From: the human T2T-CHM13v2.0 reference genome, Homo sapiens
NCBI RefSeq assembly: GCF_009914755.1
Contig: NC_060930.1
Strand: one strand, 5' to 3'
DNA: 64,000 bases
Shown here: piece after piece, positions 11,479-25,220 of the stretch
Layout: every line of letters begins with the position of its first letter
Position numbering within the stretch: position 1 is the stretch's first letter
The notes under the pieces: generated by a model
The model's input: the letters and a program-made list of their open reading frames with translations, nothing else
What the model was told of the DNA's origin: nothing
Database searches by the model: none
Made by a program: the position numbers and the translations under genes

Positions 11479-14264
11479 CTGTTCAGTGAAGAAAGAAAGA
11501 ACCTCTAGTTGTCAATAATAATTCTAAACTACAGGATGATGTGCAATTTGCAGTAGCTAAAGCAACCGACTTTAATTTCTTGCTTAGTTCATAGCGATTA
11601 GTAAAATCTCAGAAAAGGGGGTTTGTAATGATTTGTGTTAGACGGCTGCATGCTGATTTAGCCCAAAGGAAACAGTTTGAAAAAAAAAAGATTACAAAGG
11701 TTATCAAGTATACTACCAAAGCTTTGGTCTAAAAATTATTTTTCTTTCTTATGACAGAAACAATATTAGTAAGGCAGTAATTTTAAAATGTTTCTAGGAA
11801 TTAAACATAGCCATGAAAGTAAGCACTGGCCCACTTGCCCAGGGCTTATCCAAAATAAAATGATTCTAAGAAAAATTTAATAAGCTTTGATTCTTCTTCA
11901 TTAAACTCTCTCTTACAGTAAAACCGTTTTCCACTGAACTCTGTGAGAAATCTTTATAAACTCATTTTCTTTTCTGTAAGGGCAGTTTTCACTTAAAAAG
12001 AATAAAGTAAATGAGTATGACTCATATAAATTTCACAGTCAACTAAAATTTCTGCATCCCTAATGATCTGGTAAACCAATTTGTTAAAGGCTGGATTAAT
12101 ATGCCATTTTAGATTACTGTAATATTAGAATAGCCAATGACACATTATTAATGATACAGCTGCCAAATCTAAAAGGTTTCTCTCATAGTTGTCTGTACCA
12201 TAACTGTTGATACTAACAGGCAATCATCTTTTTCTTGCCCTTTCAATAGATCTCCAATAATGTAGATATGCTACAAATTCTGCAAGTCCTGAATAAATTT
12301 CTAGATTCCAGGTTTCTGATCACAGGTTTATGTTTTGAAAGCCTGTGAGAAATGATTTTATACTTTAAATCATTTCTAATAGGTTCATGTCCAACTCATA
12401 AAAACTACCAGACTGAATTTCACGGTTGTCATCCCAGCAGACAAGAAAGCAAAATGAACAGTCAATTAAACATAAATGGCTTCTTTGTAAAGCAGGTAAC
12501 ATACAATTGTGACTTTATTTGGGCTCATGATGGATAAACAGAAAACTCTAGGTAGAAAAAAATCTGCTACTTTTCAGTGTTTTAATACTGAGTTTCAAGA
12601 AGAAAACCCAAAAACAATACCAACCAAATCCCTCAGGATCCTAAAACTCAGAAGGACCTAGAAAGCATGTAAAATGCACCAGCAGGAACTCATGTGTTTT
12701 TCCATCAAACTTTTAAAAACCACTATTTCTAAATCTTTTTTCCTTAAACATTGAGACTTAAACTTTCCTATAATTCTTCCTGAAATGTTAATTAAAATTT
12801 AAAAATAAAAGTGTAAATTTATTTTGTTAGAAAAAAATTGGTGCCGCTAATAAGCAAAGGGAAAGGAGGGGATTTAAAGAAAATTACCCTTAAGGAACCA
12901 GATAATGGGACTAGATGATTTTGGTTCAAGATTATACTCAAAACAAAAGTTATAAGGAAATAACTAAAAGTTCCTTATAGAGATGATATTTCAAGTGTAA
13001 TGAATACAAATAATTTTCTGTTTTAATTAGGCATTCTCCAGACAACTAACATCATCTTCAGAATTTCTCTAAATATTCCCAGTAACCAAATCACAAGACA
13101 AGAGAAAATAGACTAATGTTGCTGACTGTGCTTTCAGTGAGTAAAACCTTTTGAGGTATTTCTCTCATTCTCTCTGCAAATAAAAGATGCTCTCCCATTT
13201 GCTGACTCCGAAAATAGCAAGAATGGAAAAGTAACATTTCAGTATTATAGTATAACTAATGGAAGTTTTAAAAATCTATTCCAAGTAACTATTTCTATTT
13301 TAAATAAATTATTTGCTTGCAATAAATAAAGGTAATAGATAATTTGAAGCTTGAGATGTAATATGGCTTTAAAATGGAGTGGCAGAGTCATATCTAATGT
13401 AATATGGTCAGATACTATAGATAGCATGGTTCTTTCCAAAGTAAAATAAAATAAAATAAAATAAAAGCTTCATGAACATGTTTAAATCAAAACAGAGTAT
13501 CTCCTTAGTTTCAAAATTCTGATCATGATGTAGTGCCACTACACAGGTTATACTGACTTAAATGTCAACATAAACATTTTATATTGACTTAAGTGCCAAT
13601 AATATAAATATTCGATCAAGATGGCATAAAATGTGACTTTAAGATTCTGCATATATTATAGCGATAACTTTCCTCAAAAGGAATATTACTTAAAGCCTAC
13701 TGAGTTAACATTTCTACTCAGAGATGCCAAGCCCCAAAATTGGTGATTTTGAACAAATGGCAAATAGCTTCTTTGGAGAGAACTTGTTACTTGTGGCTGA
13801 GTGCCAAGGAGACCTCTTGGCTCTCTGTCTTCCTGTGTCACTGCCTGAGGCTGATCCTTCTCAGCTACTGTAGACCGTATGTCCTAAACAGTTAAACACC
13901 AATGAGCCTAACACAGAGATGTGTGGAGAATCAAATTTGTGTTCCAATGAGTACTAGCATAAAATATATGCTCATATTATAAAAAATGGGAATTAAAAAT
14001 TGCATTCGTAACATTGTAGCAAGCCAAGCTACAATTCATTATCTGGTTTGCTTAAAAGTAATCTCCTCATCTGAGAGACACAAGGCAAAAAGGAATCCTG
14101 GATCAAGGACCCTTATAGCGTTTACAGAAACACCACGCCAACCAACAATGTAGTAGCTAGGGAGACAGCATGGGAAAGATTGGCCATGGCAAGCTTTAAT
14201 GACTATGAATTAAAGTTAAAAAAAAATCATCAGGAACTTGAGAATACATTCCACTGGTTTATAC

Positions 14265-14282
14265 CTGATTTCCCAGGAAGAA
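14265..14282 (-). CDS. DST: DST 18-nt microexon inside the GAR domain (FFLGNQ)
   Basis: Long pyrimidine tract ending ttatcag, then TTCTTCCTGGGAAATCAG, then gtataa; FFLGNQ is the known spectraplakin GAR insert. Confidence 0.88.
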
Positions 14283-15165
14283 CTGATAAAAATGAAAAAT
14301 GGAAGAAAGACACAATTAGTTCAACAGGAAACTTTCTGTATGACTCTAGAACATACACACATACTCACACTCTGTGCTTCTGGATGTAGTATCTAGTTTA
14401 GAGATGTGCAGGCACCCAGTTGTCCCAATTTCAAACCAAATAATCAGACTATTTTCTGTACACATATTTTTGAAAATCTTAGGATTTCAAATTTAAGTTA
14501 AAATTTTGAATACATTGATGATTATTTTTTTAAGTATAAAAATAAAAATAATATTTCATTTAGAAGTAGCACACTGTATTGGGGAAACTCAGCACATTTC
14601 TTATCTAGCTACTACATATAAGAGATGTTCCAAAAGAGAAAAAAAAAAATAGAGAAAGAGTAATGAAGTCACACTGTTCTTCTGTTTTGAAGAGAGTGAA
14701 CCGAGTTAATTGAGATTTTGAATAAAAGCAAAAATTACTGCACAAGTGGAGAAGACATTATCCTCTCTTTTCATATTTATTAAAATGAGTCCATATTTTT
14801 AACTTTGTGGTTCTGGATTAGAGTAGCTTTCTTGTTTGAAATCTGAAAACTTACCTCTAATCATAACAAAATATAAAATAATATGAAGCAACCTAAATAT
14901 ATGAGATTTGAGTATTTTCTTGTGAATTTTTCTTTAAAGGTAATGTGCATGATGTAGATGTCAAAGATATTTCCTAATATGCAAAATGCAGGCTGCCGTT
15001 ATACAAATTAAAATGTTAAATGTAAGAGTTTCATATACCATTAAATTTTGACATGAGGTAAAAAAGTAAATAAATAAGACTCCTGGAAAACAATGGAGAT
15101 CAAATTGTATACAGATTTCAATTTATGTCCTTTAAAGGAACTACAACATTACTTTGAAAACTTAC

Positions 15166-15240
15166 CCTGTATTTATTATCACCAATCTGCTCAACTTGAA
15201 ATCGCTTTGCACATTTACACTTAGCTACCTGCCTTGTCAC
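15166..15240 (-). CDS. DST: DST coding exon, GAR domain N-half ([25 protein letters not shown]), 75 nt
   Basis: CxC motif of GAR/GAS2 domain; gtaagt donor. Confidence 0.95.
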
Positions 15241-15410
15241 CTGCCAAAAACAATGATGAAATATTTACTTTAATGTCAATATTACATAGTACAATCCTTA
15301 AAACTTTGACACAACAATTAGAGTGAAAATAAAATGGTTGTATGAATTGTGCATGATATCGTGGCAGAACATACTATCAGTGTTGTACGCAATGGGAAGA
15401 TAATGAGTAC

Positions 15411-15565
15411 CTCATCTTCGATTTTGTCGGCATCTGTGATAGGTTTATATGCATCTTTATTTGGGTGAAGGGCTGCTACAAATTCATAGTAGTCAATATA
15501 TCCATCGCCATCTCTGTCAAAGATGTCTGCAACTGCGCTCATCTCCAAGCGACTGGTTGGAAACT
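15411..15565 (-). CDS. DST: DST coding exon, EF-hand 2 (KFPTSRLEM...[13 protein letters not shown]...KIEDE), 155 nt
   Basis: Overlaps ORF 15318..15548; canonical EF-hand loop. Confidence 0.96.
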
Positions 15566-16063
15566 CTAAAATTTTGAAAACAATGGTAAGTAGTGACTTG
15601 TTAGTTCTTTCTCAAGACATTCTCAATTGCACATTTCAATCTCAGTGTAGCTGGTTAAATCATCAGTGATCAAATATATTAAAATCCTTTTTTAAAAAAC
15701 TGATTTACATCACAGCAAATGAAGAGTTATATATAATCTTAATTTATCTTTAATTACTATTTAGGTGAATCATATAAAATGCTGTTTTTTTAGGTTGAAA
15801 ATGTTTAACACTGGCAATTTTATATGGGTCAATTGCTAGTCAAAGAATAAATTATATGAAATTTACCTTAAGAATGACATCTAGTAACATCTGTCAGGGA
15901 AATCACATACAAATGATTGGGCCATCAAACAAAAAGGTGATAAGTATCTTAAGAAGTTTTATAGAGTTCTAATTTCCTACTAATGACAAAGTTAGATCAG
16001 AATGTGAATTAGAATGAAAAAGGGACTTGAATTTATTGACTTCCTATTACACATATGCCAGGC

Positions 16064-16064
<1 letters not shown>

Positions 16065-16111
<47 letters not shown>
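16065..16111 (+). repeat. (CA)n microsatellite
   Basis: About 23 perfect units. Confidence 0.97.
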
Positions 16112-16115
<4 letters not shown>

Positions 16116-16392
16116 ACACCTTAAGAATCATATATTATTAACTTTATTATTCTAACAAGTTCTCAGCCTCAGTGGAGGGAACAACATATCTGTGATTACA
16201 CAGTTAGTGAGTGTTCCTGACTCCAGAGCCACAAATTTTACCAAAAAAACATTTTTTTAAGGGTCGTGACTTCCTAGGCAACTTATAAGACAATGCTTTA
16301 TTGTAACACAAGTTTACCAGACCCACACTTTTAAAATGTGCTTATTTCCTTTAAAAATTGTATCAGTCATAGTCATCTGTCTTGGAACTTAC

Positions 16393-16555
16393 TTGAGGAA
16401 AGAATTCCATCAATAAATTCCTGCCGCGTTATTTTCCCATCCTGGTCTTTATCAATTCTCCTGAAGAAGTCCATCACTCGAGATTTCTTGTGATTCATCC
16501 ATCGCATGTATTTTTTGCGCCAGATATCAAAATCAAAGTTAGCAAATTCCCTCAG
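16393..16555 (-). CDS. DST: DST coding exon, EF-hand 1 (LREFANFDF...[13 protein letters not shown]...LSS), 163 nt
   Basis: Canonical DxDxDG...E loop; gtaagt donor. Confidence 0.95.
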
Positions 16556-17345
16556 CTAAAAGGACAAAAAGTATTTTGATTGAGTTAATGCTGTACTAAA
16601 ATTGTAGACTATACTATATGAATAACTTTTGAAATGATTCTCTAGGTAGTACACATATCCTTCCCATTTCAAAAAGAGGTATGATCTTGCAAAGGGGACT
16701 TAGAAACATTTTGCCTTTAAAATGTATTCCATTGCTGTCACTGATTTTTCTTTACAAATAAAATTCCTAAAAACTTAAGCTGTAAATTTCTGATTAATGC
16801 CAAAGTCATAAAGGTGGTCCGGCTCTAAGTACCACCACTAGTCATGCTCACTGGGATAGCAGGTCCAGATCAACAGCACTTACCTAACCCTTCAATCTCT
16901 CTCCCTCTGCACTATTAGCCACTCTCTTAACTCCCCAGGGCTTCTAAAAATTTCCCAATTGCAGAATCTAAAACTTGAAATCTTAGGTAATCAAATACAC
17001 ACAATCAAAAGATCTGAAATATAAAAGATTATATTTTCCAGGCAGCATCACCAGCAAACATTATGTCAAGTTAGATTTTATTCTTAAGGAATCAGCTTCT
17101 GATTGTTAAAACATAATCATTTTTTTTACTTCATTGATTCCCTAAATCCAAATCCCATATATCAATATTTCACAAAATCACACATACTTGTGGTATTTAT
17201 TTTGGAAATTTAAAAATGTACTCAAATAGCAAGAGTTTGCTTATTATCAGAAAAGTTAAAAAATACCAAGATTTTGGCAATGGCAATGTGTTATGAGGAA
17301 TGAGGGCAAATGACAATGTGGTGTTGAGGGTATGAATTTCCAAAC

Positions 17346-17509
17346 CTCCTCTAGTCTGTCCAAGGCATCATTGAGTTTCCTCCTTCTTTCCAACGCCAGG
17401 AGCCAGACTTGCTGCCATTTGCTCACCAGTAAGTTTACCCTAGGATTTTTGGTTTCAATTTGTGTCTGTGACCCAGAGGGATACAAGCTTGATGCTGGAA
17501 AGCGTTTTC
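17346..17509 (-). CDS. DST: DST coding exon ([11 protein letters not shown]...DRLEE), 164 nt
   Basis: Overlaps ORF 17256..17486; phase 1/0. Confidence 0.94.
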
Positions 17510-18284
17510 CTGTGAAGGTATAACTTCGGTTAGGATGGCAGTTTCCAGGGTGCTGAAATGTGTTAAGGCTTGACCTTTTTTGCTTCTAGCTAAGACTGCA
17601 TCAACTTAATTACGTGTTTACGCAAGTAAAAGTATCCTAATTTAGATGATGTATAATGTCAAGGCCCAAATCTGTTTTCCTTATTAAGGATCACACACTG
17701 TTCATGCAATTTAAAGAAATATCTCTGGACAGGGGCATTTAAATACTGGAAACCTCTCTCAATGAATTATGCTTAAAACATCTTCCAGCTTAAAATTCAT
17801 GCCATTTCAATGACAACGAAGCATGCTGTGATCCTCCACTTTGTTAAAGGAAATCTCCCAGGCCAGTGAGACTACCTTACAATGACTTACATCAAACCCA
17901 GCTGTCCTTCCTAGAGAATAAGGCAGAAAGGGAGAGCAGATGAGGGCAGCAGGCACTGGGCAGTCACAAGAGTCAAAGCAAGACACTTCACAAATGCCAA
18001 TAAAATATGGCAGCATGTGTATGGGACCCCAGCCTTCGCCCACATCCATTTTCCACTGAGATTGCATGTTTCCTGTGCATAGTCTCAAACCCAAGTTTAC
18101 TGCCTTACTAAACTTTCCTCCTGCTTTCTGGCTGTTTTCCACAAGTCTCAACAACTTCACAAAACAATGACCTTAACAAATTTTTCTCATCTTACTAAAT
18201 GGCTAAATACGGCCTAGAAACATTACTAGCCTAGGGTCATATAGAATGTTAAGTGTCCCAGCTAGGATTTATAGTACAACAAAT

Positions 18285-18500
18285 ACTTGAGCATTTAACT
18301 ATATGCCTGGAAGTAGGTTAAGCATTTTGTATGTACTAGCTCATTTAATTCTCACTGCAGTCCAATGAAGTTATAATTATACCCTTCTACAGATGAGGAA
18401 ACTGAGGTTCAGAATGAGTTTAAGTAACTTGTCCAGGGTTATGTTTCTCAGTTTGGTAAGTGTTGGAGACAGCCAAGGAGTCTGGCTATAGGGCTCTTAA
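18285..18500 (-). mobile_element. MIR SINE
   Basis: tcatttaattctcac...cagatgaggaaactgaggttcaga...taagtaacttgtcca core. Confidence 0.8.
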
Positions 18501-19159
18501 TAGTTTACCTTGTCTCCTTGTGTAGTAAGTAATTACAATAGCTCCGACATCATTTCTTTTTAATTAAAAAATTAAGTAATACGCAAAATGCATTTCTATT
18601 CAGAAACGCATAAAACATATAACACAAATTGTGTTTCTTTTTAAATCTTCTCCAAGCTAACTATGATTGTTTTCAATGTCATGTCATGTTGTTAAAGTAG
18701 CTCAAGAAGTATATAGAGCCTGAAGTCACATGAACATGGGCAAAAGCTATGAGATTGCTGGTCACCAATGAACAACTAAGTCATGAAGATTATCCACGTC
18801 ATGGTCATTTTTGTTATGTTCAGCTTTAATGTTATATATATAATGGAAGACAAATGAGACAATGCAAAGGGTGTGATGATTTCCATTCTTACTGTAAATT
18901 TTTTCAATTTTCTTCTAGCTAATATGAAAGATACACTTCAAGACAATAAAGTTACGTATAGAAACCTGGGTATATTTTTTCTTTATTTTTAAATAAGTTT
19001 CTACAATACTTGAGCACACGTATTCCTTCTAGAAAGTATTTCATGATATCAAGTGCTCATGTAAAATCACCAATTGCCCCCAAATTTCAAATAATTCAAA
19101 ATAAAAGAAAATTAGCTCCCTTATTTATTGACATTTTAAAGAAATTGATCACTGCTTAC

Positions 19160-19289
19160 TTCCTGCTCGTCCCTTATCCAAGACTGGAATATGGGATTGT
19201 AATGAGGAAGGATCAGCAGCTCTCCTCTTATAGGTCTTCGTTACTTTATCAACATCAGGCTGTTTTCTGGTCATTTCCTCCATGAAGGT
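19160..19289 (-). CDS. DST: DST coding exon ([13 protein letters not shown]...KGRAG), 130 nt
   Basis: tttcag acceptor, gtaagc donor, phase 0/1. Confidence 0.93.
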
Positions 19290-19466
19290 CTGAAATGAAA
19301 GAAATGATGTCAATCAAATAAGAGTTACTACAGAAAACCGTCTTTAGAAATGAACTAAAAGCAGAAGGATAAAAGAACCATGTTATTATTTCTGAAGAAG
19401 AATAAATCATATGCTTTATCTTTAGGGTAAAAAAAATCTAAACCATCATACTGCAGGCATTTACTA

Positions 19467-19883
<417 letters not shown>

Positions 19884-20057
19884 TCATGTGAATAAAATAA
19901 CCTGTCTGTGCATCAACCAAACTCAAGTTTCCAAGCTCCTCAGAAGAATCTTTAGTAAGCATCTGTCTACAAACAAACTAGGTAGCTGGGATGTTTCCAA
20001 GAACTTTTCTGTGGCACATTTCACCTACATATTTGAAATATTTAAGATGGCTTTGAT

Positions 20058-20346
<289 letters not shown>

Positions 20347-20678
20347 CTATTCCAAGGGTGGTAAAAACTATTTGGGTTAAAGTATACTACCATTGTATTT
20401 AAAAGGTTTAACTATCTTGCCACTGCTTATCTCATCTCCTTGGGCTTATTATTATTATTTACTAGGTATCCCTCTATTTGGAATATGCAGCAAAGGCTGT
20501 GGAAAGGCAGAGACTGTGAAAAGTGATGGGGAAAAGGAGACCCAGACAAAAGGGAAAAGTGAAGTAACACCTTTCTGGAATATTTGTCACACTGAAGAAC
20601 TCTAATACCTCTGATCACAGGAAACATGACCTGGTACACTTAGAGCCATTATAGACATTGATGTCTTATTAGGCTTTT

Positions 20679-20681
<3 letters not shown>

Positions 20682-20724
<43 letters not shown>
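20682..20724 (+). repeat. (CA)n microsatellite
   Basis: About 21 perfect units. Confidence 0.97.
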
Positions 20725-20728
<4 letters not shown>

Positions 20729-21437
20729 AATGGCAACATTAATTGCTTAACCAACTGAGCTAACACTTAATATTTCTCTTTGTAAATGCATATTAAACAA
20801 ACTGTGAGCAATCAAGTAAATCAAAGTGAGTGTGACACCCATCATTTGAGTTTAAAACAAGAAGGATATATAGGAAGGCTGCTTTTCCTAAGAAAGACAA
20901 CACGTTCCCTTTTTCATATGATGTATTTCAAGTGATGACAGTCATCTTCACAGACATAAAAATGCAGAGCAATCAAACCTTGTTTGATTAATGCAATGTG
21001 AACATAATGCATCCACATTTAATGTGGATACCTTAATGTGGGTACCTTGTACCCACTGAAGCCAGGGAGGTGGAGGTGGGTGAGATCACCAAAAGAGGGA
21101 ACAGAGTGAGAGAAATAGAGAGCTGAGGATAACACCTAAGGAGTAAGGAGAGCTGACATTTAGAAGGCAAAAGGGAGGGCAGGAGTGAACGTGAGACAAT
21201 ACCACGAGTGTAACCCCACAGAGGACAAAGAAGGAAAGTTTTGCAAAGGTCACAGAGGGTTCCTGTAAAGAGAGGTTTTAGGGCAGTTGCAGAGTTGGAA
21301 ACACAGTTGTAAGGAGCTGAGGAGTCTGAAGAAGTGAAAATAACGAGAACAAAGCAATGTTTTGAGAAGTACAGCAGTGAAAGAAAGAAAATATCTGAGA
21401 TAATGGTTAACAGGAGTTAGGATTATATTTATTTTAC

Positions 21438-21626
21438 CTGGTGTTCTGCAATGAGTGCTTTCACCTCTTCGATCTCCTGGGGGATGACTTCTTTATCCTT
21501 ATCAGTAAGTGTAGTTTCAGCCCATTGCAACCAAGCCAGCAAAGCTTCCAACAATTCCTGTTTGGCAATAAGCCCAGCCAGAGCACTTGCTAATCTCTGC
21601 TGATGTTGCTTTGCCCAGGCCAGCAC
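21438..21626 (-). CDS. DST: DST coding exon ([11 protein letters not shown]...AEHQ), 189 nt
   Basis: Overlaps ORF 21429..21626. Confidence 0.95.
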
Positions 21627-21963
21627 CTGTCAGAGAAACAGAAATTTCTCTGAATTTCCTCCAACTTAGTAAAATAATTGCAGTGATGTAAAATAAATAA
21701 ATTTTAAATGAAAATTAGGATCATCCTGAGCTAGACCCATAATGCTTCTGGTCTTTTTAGATTCCATTAGTGGCATCAAGATCTGGCTTGAGGAGGACAT
21801 GAGAGCCCACGATGATGTTCATCATCTTCAGAATTTAAAGATGCATGTCAATCACTCAGGCTTCCTTTTGCTTTCTAATTTGAGTTCAAATATGCATTCT
21901 CTGAAGGATCAGGTAAGCTTACTCCATGTGGCACAGAGTAGAAATGTAAAAAGCTAAGATACT

Positions 21964-22257
<294 letters not shown>

Positions 22258-22633
22258 GCTAAGATATTAAATACAGAATTAATTCACTTTATGTATACCA
22301 ATTCACTCCACCAGTATATACTGCTCCGAAACACCATCCAACTGCTGGATTATTCAACAGAAACAATGTGGAAGGAGGCCAAAATGTTATACAGTGTACT
22401 AAATATTTGCCTTCTAATTTTCCAGGGACATAGCTGCAAAATTTCTTTGAGCTTTTAAAGAAAAGTGAATTGCAGAGATTGTAATGCATACAAGAAGCGT
22501 ATTTAAAAGAACGTTTTCTATGTAGAGGTCTCATTTTCCCATGGCCATAAGTGCATCTTAATTCCTGAAATTTCCCACACCCCTCAACTCTCAAAGCTAT
22601 TGCTACTCTGAAGATTATCTGAGACATACTGAC

Positions 22634-22777
22634 CTCCTCAAACCTCGCCCGGATGATTGTTATCCAGTGCTTAATGGTAGTGATGGAGTCGGGGTGGCAG
22701 ATAGCCAAAACGGTGTCGCCCATAGTGGTGGCTTTATTTAGTTCAGCTCTCTTTTCTTCCAGTTTCTTCATGAATTC
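22634..22777 (-). CDS. DST: DST coding exon ([10 protein letters not shown]...RFEE), 144 nt
   Basis: Overlaps ORF 22289..22771; gtcagt donor. Confidence 0.95.
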
Positions 22778-22983
22778 CTACAGCAGAAACAAAGACTTCA
22801 ATTAACTGTTGGCATTGGCTGAAAACAAAACTCTGGTGGCATTTGTTTGACTGCCAGAATTAAACAAATAAACAAAAACTTCAATTGGTTTATTCACAGT
22901 GAAAATCATCTACTAATTGGGGAGGAAAAGGGGACAAAATAGAAAACAAAGTACTTTCTAACATGTACTTCAAAATACAAGTA

Positions 22984-23310
22984 CAGTCATCCCTTGGAAT
23001 CCAAGGGGAGTTGGTTCCAGGATACCGTGCATAATAAAATCCAATGATGCTCAAGTCCCTGATATAAAATGATGTAGTATTTGCATATGACCTAAGTACA
23101 TCCTCCCCATATGCTTCATATCATCTCTAGATTACTAATAATACCTAATACAATGTAAATTGTTGTAAATAGTTGTTATACTGTATTGTTTAGGTAATAA
23201 TGACAAGGAAAAAAGTATGTATATCTTCAGTACAGATGCAACCATCCATTTTATTTTTGAATATTTTTAACCATTTTATTTTTGAATATCTGGATACAGA
23301 GGGCCAACTT
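22984..23310 (+). mobile_element. MER2-like Tigger (TcMar) non-autonomous DNA transposon
   Basis: ta|cagtcatcccttgg...gatgctcaagtccc...gtagtatttgcata...gagggccaact resembles MER2. Confidence 0.8.
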
Positions 23311-24109
23311 TATAGGATATTTCATGCTTCAAAAACTGTATTATACAAAAAAATAACTCTCCCAAATTTAGATATAATTATGTTATTAATGGAGAATAGC
23401 ATTGGGAGAGACAGTATTGCTAGAGATAGAAACAATACTGATTGACCAAAAATAAGTTCTAACAAATAAGGTAAGGAGGTTAATATTTAAAATAGCATTA
23501 ACTATGCCAGGAAATATGGCAGCATGAATAAAAAAGTACAAAGTAGAGAGAAGCCTGGGTAAGGAAAGATAAATGTTTGGGGGTATGGGAGAGAGGGCCC
23601 AAAGTGTCTATGCAGTAAAAAGTGAAGGGGAGGTTGGAAGAGTGAGCCTGACAGCAGGTCAGCCCATGTGAGAACTGTCCCTTTAAAATGCCAGTAAGAG
23701 CCACTCTCCTCTGTTCTGGCAGTTCTAGCCAGTCTCTGCCAGCAAGCGGAATGAACAAAGCCTTGACATCCTCAAGGATGATCTTTCAAATAAATGTTTT
23801 ACAAATGTCTCACATACTTAATTGTACTTTCTACCATCAGAACTATATCCATAGATAAGACAGATCATAGAACTCTGAAAATGTGATTACAAAATGAGAA
23901 TCTTTGCCCTTAAAAATGTGACACGCTTCCAAAATCTCATATAGAATGTTAGAGATCTGCAAACACCCCAGTCTCTCTGGACCCCTGCACCAAGAGCGAT
24001 TACTTGATTACACAATGAGTGCCAGAGGCCGCAGAGATCGATGATGCCCATGCTACTCACACTATGTGAACAGGGGTGTTCACTTTGAAATATAGGTGTT
24101 TTACTATAC

Positions 24110-25220
24110 AAGAAAACCTAAAAAAACTCTTCTGGACATCGGCCTAGGCAAAGAATTTATGACAAAGATCCCAAAAGCAAATGTGACAAAAACAAATATA
24201 GACAAATGGGACTTAATTAAATAAAAAAGCTTCTGCACAACAAAAGATAGAATCAACAGAGTAAACAGTTAACCTACAGAATGGGAGAAAATATTTGCAA
24301 ATCATGCCTCTGAAAAAAGACTAATATCCAGAATCTGCAAGGAACTCAAACAACTCAACAAGAAAACAACAAACAACTCCATTGAAAACTGGGAAAAACA
24401 CATGAACAGACATTTCTCAAAAGAAGAAATACAAGCATACAAGCAGCCAACAAACACATGAAAAATGCTCAACATCACTAATTATCAGAGATACACAAAT
24501 TAAAGCCACCCTGAGATATCATATTACACAAGTCAGGATGACTATTACTAAAAAGTGAAAAAACAACAAATGATGTGGATGCTGAGAAAAGGGCGTGCTT
24601 ATACACTGTTGGTGGGAATATAAATTAGTTCGATGCCTATGAAAAACAGTATGAAAATATTTCAAAAAACTAAAATTAGAACTACCATTTGACCCAGCAA
24701 TTCCACTACTCGGTATCTACCCAAAGGAAAAGAAATCATTATATCAAAAAGACAACAGCACTCATATGTTCATTCCAGCACTATTCACAATACCAAAGTC
24801 ATAGAACCAATATAAGTGTCCATCAACAGTTGATTGGATTAAAAAAAAATGTGGTACATATATACCATGGAATACTATGCAGCCATAAAAAAGAATGAAA
24901 TCATGTACTTTGCAGCAACATGCATAGAGCTGGAAGGCATTACCCTAAGTGAAGTAACTCAAACAGAAAATCAAATATCACACGTTCTCATGTATAAATG
25001 GGAGCCAAACAATGGGCGCACATGGACATAAAGATGGAAATAATAGACACTGAAGACTCCAAAAAGCACGGAGGATCACAGGGGCCTGAGAGTTGAAACA
25101 TTACCTATTGGGTACCGTGTTTAACATTTGGATGACTGGTATAAAACAAGTCCAGTCCCTACTATTACTCAATATACTCATATAGCAAACGTGTACATGT
25201 ACTCTCTGAATTTAAATTTA
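24110..25220 (+). mobile_element. 5'-truncated LINE-1 (L1PB/L1MA-like), degenerate ORF2 end and 3' UTR
   Basis: ORF fragment MWYIYTMEYYAAIKKNE (L1 ORF2p C-terminus) and L1 3' UTR. Confidence 0.9.
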
